Made by a program: the position numbers and the translations under genes. DNA of 64,000 nucleotides from an uncultured Verrucomicrobiae bacterium (GTDB taxonomy: Bacteria; Verrucomicrobiota; Verrucomicrobiia; Limisphaerales; JAFGQR01). Location of the stretch: assembly GCA_963788655.1 (NCBI GenBank), contig CAWBHS010000099.1, positions 64,001 to 128,000 on the forward strand. The letters are read 5' to 3'. The stretch's first letter is position 1. Each line of letters starts with the position of its first letter. Shown piece by piece: positions 49,439 to 58,170 of this stretch. The notes under the pieces are model-generated. The model had not been told where the DNA came from and ran no database searches. It was given only the letters and a program-made list of their open reading frames with translations.

Positions 49439-49558
49439 CGTTTGGACCCGCAAGCGGAGCCTTCTTGTAGGCGGAGAATGGAAGCCGGTGCAAGCGCAAA
49501 ACGGCGAAACTACGATGTGACGGTGTGCTGACGAAAGGCCACTCGACATTCCGACTTA

Positions 49559-49833
49559 GAGCCTGTTTTAAAATTCGGCGTGGTCCTGTTTTCGCGGAAA
49601 AGGCCGGCTGGCGGCGTTGCGAACGCGCATACAGACCGCTGCGGTCGTATGCGAGTTCGTAGCGCGTCGCCAGCCGGCCTTTTCCGCGAAAACCCGAAGG
49701 GCGGCGGGTCTTTTGAACGCGGGCTTCGTTGGCTCGATCCTTACAGCCCGCTGCGGGGATGCGCGGACCTCGCCGCCTCGCCCGCGTCCAAAATCCCTCG
49801 CCGCAGGACCTCGCCCAATTTTAAAACAGGCTC
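49559..49833. mobile_element. 275-bp MITE with 30-bp terminal inverted repeats and a TTA target duplication (IS5/IS1031-like ends)
   Basis: Left gagcctgttttaaaattcggcgtggtcctg and right caggacctcgcccaattttaaaacaggctc (2 mismatches). TTA at 49556-58 and 49834-36. No transposase ORF. Confidence 0.85.
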
Positions 49834-49860
49834 TTAGCTGTGACTATGCAATGGCGTATC

Positions 49861-50006
49861 GGGAGCGCGCTCGCCTCGGGCGTTGCCCACCGGTGCCCTC
49901 GCCGGTTGGCCCGGTGCCTGAGTGGTCACTGAATCGTGAGCCACCTGGGGGGCGGAAGTGGTTGGCGAGGCGCCAACCACGGCGCCCGAGGCGGGCGCGC
50001 TCTCCC
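49861..50006. repeat. REP-like inverted doublet (GGGAGCGCGC-type)
   Basis: gggagcgcgctcgcctcgggcg ... cgcccgaggcgggcgcgctctccc. Confidence 0.6.
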
Positions 50007-50145
50007 TGTTCAAACTGAATCGTTACGGGTTTGCGGCGATAATCGCGGTGCGCAACACTGCGTATGCCAGCTTGTAGCGAATTCGGTGGAAGAATTGGAT
50101 TGTCATTTTCCCGGCAGGTCGAATAGTGTCTTCCACCCTGAGTTC

Positions 50146-51276
50146 ATGAGCCGCGACAATCTGTTGATCTTTGCCGACAGTGAACGCGACGCCAACATGC
50201 TTTATGCCGTAGGCATGTTCGTGCCGGATCCCTTCATCTATCTGTCTGTCCAGGGCAAAGGCCACTTGGTGTTGAATGACCTCGAAATGGACCGGGGCCG
50301 CCAGGGCGCCCGTCATTGCCGGGTGGTTTCCTTGAACCAATGCTTGCGCACCCTGCGCAACGACGGCGTGGAAAATCCAACCCTGGCGCACGTCATTCAC
50401 TGGCTGCTCAAAAGCCGGCGACTGAAGAAGGTCTTCGTGCCGGATAATTTCCCGCTGGCGCTGGCGCGGGAACTGCGCCGACTCAACGTCCGTTTGAAAC
50501 TCAGAAACCACCCGTTTTTTCCGGAGCGCGCCGTCAAGTCCGCCGAGGAATTGAAAAAGATCAGCGCCGCGTTGATGATGGCGGAAGTGGGGCTGGCGGA
50601 AGGCATTCAGGCGGTGAAGAATTCGAAGGTCGGCAAGAACCGACGCTTGCTTTACCACAGTGTGCCACTGACCTCCGAAAAATTGCGGGGCATCATCGAC
50701 ACGGCCATCATCCAGGTGGGCGGTCTGCCGGCACACACCATTGTCGCCGGCGGTCGGCAGGCTTGCGACCCGCACGAGGAAGGCCATGGGGCTTTGCGCG
50801 CCAACGAACCGATTGTGCTGGATGTGTTTCCCCGTTCCCAGCGGACCGGCTATTTCGGCGACATCTCCCGTACCGTCATCAAAGGTCGCGCGACCGAAGC
50901 GCTGCGCCGCATGTATCACACGGTCGAACGCGCCCAGGAAGTGGCCTTTCAACAGCTCCACGAAAAAGTGGCCGGCCAGGCAGTGCATCGTAGGGTCCAG
51001 GAGTTCTTCAAAAAAGAAGGTTATCCCACCCGCAAGCGGAACGGCCGAATGCAGGGATTCTTCCACGGCACCGGGCACGGAGTGGGTCTGGACATCCATG
51101 AGCCACCGCATCTCGGGGCCAATTCACCGGATGTGCTGCGAGTCGGGCATGTGGTTACGGTGGAACCTGGGCTTTACTATACGGAATTGGGCGGTGTCCG
51201 CTTGGAAGATATGGCGTGGCTGACACCCAAAGGCGTGCGGAACCTCACGAAATTTGAAAAGACCTTCGAGGTCTGA
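50146..51276 (+). CDS. Xaa-Pro aminopeptidase (M24 family)
   Basis: Metal ligands present: VLDVFP, YFGDISRT, FHGTGHGVGLDIHE, TVEPG, VRLED. Confidence 0.9.
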   Translation: MSRDNLLIFADSERDANMLYAVGMFVPDPFIYLSVQGKGHLVLNDLEMDRGRQGARHCRVVSLNQCLRTLRNDGVENPTLAHVIHWLLKSRRLKKVFVPDNFPLALARELRRLNVRLKLRNHPFFPERAVKSAEELKKISAALMMAEVGLAEGIQAVKNSKVGKNRRLLYHSVPLTSEKLRGIIDTAIIQVGGLPAHTIVAGGRQACDPHEEGHGALRANEPIVLDVFPRSQRTGYFGDISRTVIKGRATEALRRMYHTVERAQEVAFQQLHEKVAGQAVHRRVQEFFKKEGYPTRKRNGRMQGFFHGTGHGVGLDIHEPPHLGANSPDVLRVGHVVTVEPGLYYTELGGVRLEDMAWLTPKGVRNLTKFEKTFEV

Positions 51277-51623
51277 CGCGGATTTTTTGCACCCCGATCA
51301 CAGGATCGACAAGCGGTAGCCGCCAGTAATAGCTGCCAAATCAAAGAGGCCAACCCCATGATCCTCGCGCGTATTCCGCTTCCTTACATCTACAGCTACG
51401 ACGAGTGCGAAACATCCAATCCAAGCGGCCATGCCGGCGAAAATTCTGGCACACCCAAGGCCATTGTGGCACACGCTGACCGCCGGGCAAGATTTGCAAC
51501 CCATTCAAACTCAACTATCATGTCTCCGGCATGCCGCCCGCTTAAGCGAAGAGTCGAGATCGCGTTGCGGAACGTGGTTTTGGCCCAAATGCGGCCAAGC
51601 ACAATGTTGATGACACAGAGATT

Positions 51624-52305
51624 ATGATATTTGGAGAATATTGGTTTTGGTTTGTTATTCCCGGCTTGATTCTGGGTCTGGCCGCCCAATTCAAGTTGAT
51701 GTCCACGTACAAGCATTACGTGCGTGTCCCGACAGAAAGTGGGATTAGCGGCGCGGAAGCGGCACGGGAAATTCTGGATCGTGCCGGATTGCACAATGTG
51801 CCCGTTAATGAGATACGGGGGCAACTGACGGATCATTACGACCCGATCAAGAAGGCCCTGTTCCTTTCGTCGGAGAACTTTCATGGACGTTCGTTGGCTG
51901 CGGTTGGCGTTTCGGCGCACGAAGCCGGGACATGCCTTGCAGCACAAGGCGGCGTACGCGCCATTGAACTGGCGCATGGCGATGGTGCCGATCACGCAAT
52001 TCGCCAGTTTTGCCTGGTCGGGGATTCTGCTGCTCGGTTTGTTTACCGGGATGTTTTACCAATTCCTGGGTATTGGGGTGGCCATCTTTGCCGTATTGAC
52101 GGTGTTTCAACTGATCACCCTGCCCGTCGAGTTCAACGCCAGCAGCCGGGCCAAACAACAACTGGTGCGCCTGGGATTGGTGTCTGGACGAGAATCACGC
52201 GGGGTCAGCAAAGTGCTCAATGCCGCAGCCATGACTTATGTGGCCGCGATGGTGACCACGATCCTGCAGTTGCTGTATTTGATTCTGCTCTCGCGAAATC
52301 GGTGA
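51624..52305 (+). CDS. YugP-like membrane neutral zinc metallopeptidase; +1 frameshift at 51927-51929 as sequenced
   Basis: SGAEAAREIL, GQLTDHYDP, AAVGVSAHEAG|HALQH (HExxH is restored by deleting one G), LITLPVEFNASSRA, VLNAAAMTYVAA. Confidence 0.88.
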
Positions 52306-52357
52306 TCCGTCAGCAGAGCGTTGTCGAAGCCGCCGGCCTTCGCTACGTTGTCGGTGA

Positions 52358-53716
52358 ATGAATTCTGTCACGTGGCGTTGGCTTTTTCGAACACCGGTTG
52401 GTTGCTGTCGAGTTAGTTTGATCGGCGTCTGGCTGCTGGTGGTATTGGCCGGCGAAGCACCCGGCGCCGTCCCTCAGGTGGTCATTATCACTCCGCACGT
52501 CGAAGCCATTCGCGTGGAGTTCGGACGCGGATTTGCCGACTGGCACCAGCGGTACTTCGGAAAACCGGCCCATGTCGAATGGCGCTACCTCGGCGGCACC
52601 TCGGATTCGCTGCGGTTCGTGCGGTCGGAATTCAAATCCAAACCCGCCGGCATCGGCATCGATTGTTTTTTTGGCGGTGGCCAGGAACCGTTCCTCATTT
52701 TGGCGGAAGACGAACTGGCGCTGCGTTACCAGCCGCCGCCGGAAATCATCGACGGCATTCCGCAGAACATCAACGGCGTGGATGTTTATGATCCCAATTA
52801 CACGTGGTTTGGGACGGTGATTTCGAGCTTCGGTATCTTGCAGAACGTCCGGGTGCAAGCCGTCATGCAGTTGCCGTTTGTTCATCGTTGGAGCGAGCTG
52901 ACGCAACCGGCCCTCGCGGGATGGGTGGGCGCCGGCGATCCTCGCCGCAGTGGCACCATGGCGGTCATGTTCGAGGCCTTCCTCCAGTATTACGGTTGGG
53001 AACGCGGTTGGCAGGTATTGACGCAAATTGCCGGTAACGTGCGTCAGTTTGACCGCGCCTCCAGCACCACCGCCAAAGACGTGACCCTGGGAGAAACGGC
53101 GTACGGTTTCGCCATCGATTTCTATGGGATCAGTCAGGTGGCTTACGCCGGGCGGACCAATTTGACGTTTGCCCTCGCCCAGGATTTCACGGCGCTGAAT
53201 CCGGATTGCATTGCCATTCTCAAGGGCGCGCCGAATTTGAAAACGGCCCAGCGGTTCGTGAATTTCGTATTATCGGAGGAAGGACAAAAGCTTTGGTTCC
53301 TGCCGCAGGGACATCCGGAAGGACCGAAGACCCATTCGATCGAACGAATGCCGGTGCGTCCCGATCTTTACCAACGCTATCGCACCGAGAGCAACATCGA
53401 GTTCTCGCCTTTCGACTTGAAGCAGACGTTCCGTTACAACGCCGAGTTGAGCAAGGCGCGTCGCAGCGTGGTGGCGGACTTGGTGGGAGCGTTGTTCGTG
53501 GATACTCACACGGAACTGCAAGCCGCCTGGCGCCGTCTGATTCAACGCCAACTTCCGGAAGCTGACTTGGTCGAATTCGGCCGGGTGCCGGTGACTGAGA
53601 AAGAAGCCCTGACCCTGGCCACCGGCGCGTGGAAAGACCCTGCGCTGCGCAACGCGAAACGAATCGAATGGCAGAGTGGGGCGCAGGATAAATACCGCAA
53701 ACTGGCAGCGCCGTGA
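52358..53716 (+). CDS. ABC transporter extracellular solute-binding protein (Fe3+/thiamine/phosphonate-like class)
   Basis: Signal peptide; IITPH, IDCFFGGG, GDPRRSGT, IAILKGAPNLKTAQRFVNFVLSEEGQ. Confidence 0.8.
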   Translation: MNSVTWRWLFRTPVGCCRVSLIGVWLLVVLAGEAPGAVPQVVIITPHVEAIRVEFGRGFADWHQRYFGKPAHVEWRYLGGTSDSLRFVRSEFKSKPAGIGIDCFFGGGQEPFLILAEDELALRYQPPPEIIDGIPQNINGVDVYDPNYTWFGTVISSFGILQNVRVQAVMQLPFVHRWSELTQPALAGWVGAGDPRRSGTMAVMFEAFLQYYGWERGWQVLTQIAGNVRQFDRASSTTAKDVTLGETAYGFAIDFYGISQVAYAGRTNLTFALAQDFTALNPDCIAILKGAPNLKTAQRFVNFVLSEEGQKLWFLPQGHPEGPKTHSIERMPVRPDLYQRYRTESNIEFSPFDLKQTFRYNAELSKARRSVVADLVGALFVDTHTELQAAWRRLIQRQLPEADLVEFGRVPVTEKEALTLATGAWKDPALRNAKRIEWQSGAQDKYRKLAAP

Positions 53717-53788
53717 ACGCCAGCTCGGGGCTTCCCGGCTCATTTTGCTTTGCTCGGCGTGGGGAATGCCGTTTGATCGGGCGCGGCA

Positions 53789-54844
53789 ATGCGCGTGCAA
53801 ATCCAAAACCTGACCAAGAAATTCGGCGACACCACGGCGCTTCAGAATGTCTCGGTCGAAATCCAATCCCAGGAACTGTTCTTTCTGCTGGGCCCGTCTG
53901 GGTGCGGGAAAACCACGCTCCTACGGTTGATCGCTGGTTTTTATCAACCGGAGGCGGGCCAAATTCTTTTTGGCGACAAGCCCATGGCGGGGGTGCCACC
54001 GCATCGGCGGAACACGGGCATGGTGTTTCAAAATTACGCGCTTTGGCCCCATCTGACTGTGGCGGAGAATGTCGCCTACGGTTTGGAAGCGCGGGCGGTA
54101 CCGGAAGCGGAGCGTAAACAGCGCGTGGCCGAGGCGTTGGCGATTGTCCAGATGGATTCTTATGCTGGTCGGACGCCCAATCAGCTTTCCGGCGGACAGC
54201 AACAACGCGTGGCCTTGGCCCGGGCGCTGGTGATCAAACCGGATGTCCTGTTGTTGGACGAGCCGTTGTCCAACCTCGACGCCAAACTGCGTCTGGAAAT
54301 GCGGGAGGAAATTCGCCGTATTCACGCGCAAACTCGGATTACCACCATCTACGTGACGCACGATCAAAAGGAAGCCCTGAGCCTGGCTGATCGAATGGCC
54401 GTCCTGCGGGATGGGGTGGTGGAACAAGTGGGCGATCCCCGGACCATTTACCGAACGCCGGCCAACCACTTCGTGGCCGACTTTATTGGCGAAACCAATT
54501 GGTTGAATGCGGAGGTGTTGACGGGAACGCCGGGTGAATTGCGCCTGCAAACCGAATTGGGAATTTTCCAAGCCGCTGCCAGGCCGGAACTGACGACTGG
54601 GACCAAAGTCCGGGCCGGATTTCGGCCGGAAGCGGTGGTCATTGGATCGGCCAACGTGAATTGTTTTCAGACCACCATTGTGCAGGTGAGTTACCTGGGC
54701 GAGATCGAGCAATACGTTCTGGAAGTGGCGCCGGGAAAAACGATCAAGGCGTTCGAGCAGAATCCGCTCGAGATTCGGCGGGTGGGCACGGTCTTCACCG
54801 TCCACGTGCGGCCGCAAGATTTACTGGTACTGCCGCGACGTTAG
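53789..54844 (+). CDS. ABC importer ATP-binding protein (PotA/FbpC-like, TOBE domain)
   Basis: [52 protein letters not shown]. Confidence 0.92.
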   Translation: MRVQIQNLTKKFGDTTALQNVSVEIQSQELFFLLGPSGCGKTTLLRLIAGFYQPEAGQILFGDKPMAGVPPHRRNTGMVFQNYALWPHLTVAENVAYGLEARAVPEAERKQRVAEALAIVQMDSYAGRTPNQLSGGQQQRVALARALVIKPDVLLLDEPLSNLDAKLRLEMREEIRRIHAQTRITTIYVTHDQKEALSLADRMAVLRDGVVEQVGDPRTIYRTPANHFVADFIGETNWLNAEVLTGTPGELRLQTELGIFQAAARPELTTGTKVRAGFRPEAVVIGSANVNCFQTTIVQVSYLGEIEQYVLEVAPGKTIKAFEQNPLEIRRVGTVFTVHVRPQDLLVLPRR

Positions 54845-54996
54845 GCATTTAACTTGCGTTTAACCATTGATTCGCGTCGGCGAGAAACCGATAGGATGGA
54901 TGAAGTCGGTCGCCAGCAAGTCCTGGAGCGTTTGCTCACGGATTTAATTTGCTTGCGCATCAATGCCGGCGACGCCTAGGTACTGGGAAACAAAAT

Positions 54997-56044
54997 ATGG
55001 TCGTGCGAAAAAAGAAGACGGGGAAAGTTAAAGTCAAGGCGGCGGCGCGCAACACCGCGCGTTCGGGACCGGCTTCTTCGCGCCGTAAAGACCCCGCCAA
55101 GAGCAAGCAGACGGTGCCGGCGGTGGAGGTATTCCCGGAACCGATGGCCCCAAAGAAAAAGCCCTCGGCGTCTTCCGAAACGGAGCATTACACCCTGCCG
55201 CCCGAGCGGACCCGGGCGTATGATGCCGACACGGCCATCAAGCTGTATCTGCGAGAAATCGGCCAGGTGCGGTTGCTGACTCCCGAAGAAGAAATCGAAC
55301 TGGCGGCGCGCATCAAGAAGGGCGACAAGCGCGCTCGCGAACAGATGATCAAGGCCAACCTGCGCCTGGTCGTCAAGATCGCCCACGATTACGAGGGCTT
55401 CGGATTGCCGCTGCTGGATTTGATCAGCGAGGGCAACATCGGACTGATGAAAGCCGTCGAACGGTTTGATCCGTCCAAAGGCGGCAAACTCTCCACTTAC
55501 GGTTCGTGGTGGATCAAGCAGTCCATCAAACGCGCCCTCGCCAACCAGTCCAAAACCATCCGCTTGCCGGTGCATCTGGTGGACAAAATCTCGAAGATGC
55601 GGCGCATCGCGATGCGCTTGCAGGAGGAATTTGGCCGCGAACCGACTGACGAGGAATTGGCTGAAGAATTGGGGATGACGTCCACCCGGGTGGCCGCAGA
55701 TGCGGACGGCGGCAATTCGCCCGGCCTCGCTCGATGCGCCCATCGGCGACGAAGACTCGAACAACTTCTCCGAAATCGTCCAGGACGAAAGCGCCGAAAC
55801 GCCCTACGAGCAGCTCGAGGACAAAACTGTCACGAACATGCTGCAGGAAATGGTCACGACCCTCGACCCTCGCGAAGCCACCATTCTGCGGTATCGATTC
55901 GGTCTGGACGGCGGGACGGAGAAGACCCTCGAGGAAGTGGGCGAGAAATTTGGCGTGACGCGCGAGCGGGTGCGGCAGATTCAGAACATTGCGCTCAACA
56001 AGCTCCGCAAAATGATCGAAAAACTCGAAGCCGTTCAAAAGTAA
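54997..56044 (+). CDS. RNA polymerase sigma70 factor, RpoD/RpoS-like (no region 1.1); +1 frameshift at 55694-55695 as sequenced
   Basis: [59 protein letters not shown]. Deleting one C gives [19 protein letters not shown]...[20 protein letters not shown]. Confidence 0.92.
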
Positions 56045-56058
56045 CTCTCTCCCGATTG

Positions 56059-56595
56059 ATGCACCCGACTGCCCCGACCACCGCCGAAATCCAAGACGGG
56101 ATTCGCAACGTTCCCGATTTTCCGCAACCCGGCATTCAATTCAAAGACATCACCCCCGTCCTGGCGGACCCGCGCCTGTTTGCCGGCAGCATCGACTTGC
56201 TGGCGGGTGATTTCCAGCCCGGACAGGTGGATGCGGTGGTGGGCATTGATGCGCGCGGTTTTATTTTTGCCGCCGGCGTGGCGCTGAAATTGGAGGCGGG
56301 TTTTGTGCCGGTGCGCAAACAGGGCAAATTACCCTACCAGACGTTCGAGCAAAGCTACGCCTTGGAATATGGAGAGAACACCATCGCCATTCATGTGGAT
56401 GCCTTCAAACCCGGCAGCCGGGTGTTGCTGATTGACGATCTGCTGGCCACCGGCGGAACCGCCCGGGCGGCGGCGCAGTTGGTCGAAAAAGCCGGGGGCA
56501 AAATCCTGGGCGTGAACTTCCTCATCGAACTGGCCTTTCTCCAAGGGCGGGAGAAATTGAAAGCCTATCCGCTGCGATCGCTGGTGGTTTTTTAG
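56059..56595 (+). CDS. apt: Adenine phosphoribosyltransferase
   Basis: IRNVPDFPQPGIQFKDIT, DARGF, RKQGKLP, YALEYG, LIDDLLATGGT; own ATG 14 bp after the sigma stop. Confidence 0.95.
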   Translation: MHPTAPTTAEIQDGIRNVPDFPQPGIQFKDITPVLADPRLFAGSIDLLAGDFQPGQVDAVVGIDARGFIFAAGVALKLEAGFVPVRKQGKLPYQTFEQSYALEYGENTIAIHVDAFKPGSRVLLIDDLLATGGTARAAAQLVEKAGGKILGVNFLIELAFLQGREKLKAYPLRSLVVF

Positions 56596-56867
56596 GCACC
56601 GTCGTTCGGACCATGGCCCAAACGGGTTTGCCTACGCCCGTTCAAGGGTGCGCCCACAAGTCCGCCCTGGCAGGCCGGCATGGGCTAACCCCGCAATGCT
56701 TTTGTCATTCCGCCTCTGTCTCGAGCAAGGGCGGGATCAAATTATCGGCAACTTCGGTCGTCCTCAATTTTCGCCTGGCGTGATCAGATTCGGTCTCCGG
56801 CCTGAGTGGTGGTTGGTTCTCGAATTTGTTTTGTCACGTGTAATCGCCAGAGTTAGAATTCCACGCA

Positions 56868-58121
56868 ATGACATCAATCCGCCTGTTCATAATGAATTCG
56901 CCTCTGGTTTCCTCAACTGTACTCACTTCGCTGCTGCTGGGCACCACGCTCCAGGCCGGCGAGGTCAATGTCGCATCCAACTGGAAAGTCGGCACCCCCA
57001 TTGTCACTTACTGGTGCGGGCCTTCGCTTGACGACCGGGCGGCACAACAGATGGCCGAAGGTGGTTTCAACCTCGTCTGGTGCGGCGAAGGCCAGCTTGC
57101 GGTCGCTCACCAGCACGGCCTGCGGGCGCTGCTTACGGACGAGCTGCTCTCACCCGCGTCACTCGACAATCCCGCGCAACTCGAAAAGCTCGACGCCCTC
57201 ATTGACCGCGTTCGCCAGCATCCGGCGTTGTATGCCTATTACCTCCTCGACGAGCCGAGCGCCGCGCAGTTTCCCGCGCTGGGCCGGCTGGTGGCGCACC
57301 TGCGCGAACGCGACCCCGCGCACCTGGCCTACATCAACTTGTTCCCCACCTATGCGAACAACCAGCAACTGGGCACCCAGGGCGACACGGCGACAGCTTA
57401 TCAAAAATATCTACAGCAATACGTCGAGATCGTGAAGCCCGCGCTCATCAGCTACGACCACTATCAATTCCGGATCAAGGACGACAGCCAGCAGTATTTC
57501 CTCAACCTGTCGCTGATTCGCCGCGCGGCGCAGGACGCGGGCGTGCCGTTTCTCAACATTGTCCAGGCTTGCACCTGGGCACCGGATTCGATGCGCGTGC
57601 CCAATCCGGACGAACTGCGTTACCTGGTCTCCACCACCGCCGCCTATGGCGCGCAGGGAATCAGTTACTACGTTTATGCGTGTGCCAATCACAAGGGCAG
57701 CATCGTTGGTCTGGACGGAACGCCCGGACCGCTTTACCAGGCGCTCAAATCGTAAGATCCTGAATTCGTCGCCCTGGCGAAGGAACTGCAACCATTGCCC
57801 TCGCTCGCGGTCTTTCACACGTCAATGCAGGAGTCTGGCTGTCAACCGCTGCCGGCCGGCGCCCCGTTTCGGGTGGCAGCCTCGGCGCCACCGCTCAAGC
57901 CGCGTGGTTTGTTGCTCGGCTACTTTGGCGCGCAGGGTAAACCGACGCATGTGGTGGTCGTGAACCTGGATTACACGACCGAAATCAACACGGCACTGGC
58001 GGGGCCAACTAACCTGGAATCATTCGATGCCGCCAACGCCAAATGGAGCCCGGTGGGCAAATCAGAAATGGCGTTGCACCTGTTACCGGGGGGCTGTCGG
58101 TTGGTGCGAGTGGCTCAATAA
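56868..58121 (+). pseudogene. Exported glycoside-hydrolase-like (TIM-barrel) hypothetical protein interrupted by an in-frame TAA at 57753-57755
   Basis: Signal peptide; YYLLDEP, YINLFP, ISYDHY motifs. Reading continues in the same frame (LKS*DPEFVALAKELQPL...) to the stop at 58121. Confidence 0.6.
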
Positions 58122-58170
58122 GCAGACGGTTGCCAGTGCGCAAGCACCGTCCATCAGTTGCCCCAGCCAA

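Noticed and set aside
54949..56595. Apparent 548-aa sigma70-adenine phosphoribosyltransferase fusion in the ORF track
   Set aside because: Artefact of the +1 insertion at 55694-95. Sigma regions 3-4 are in another frame (55700..56044, own stop), the linking sequence is off-frame nonsense, and apt has its own ATG at 56059.
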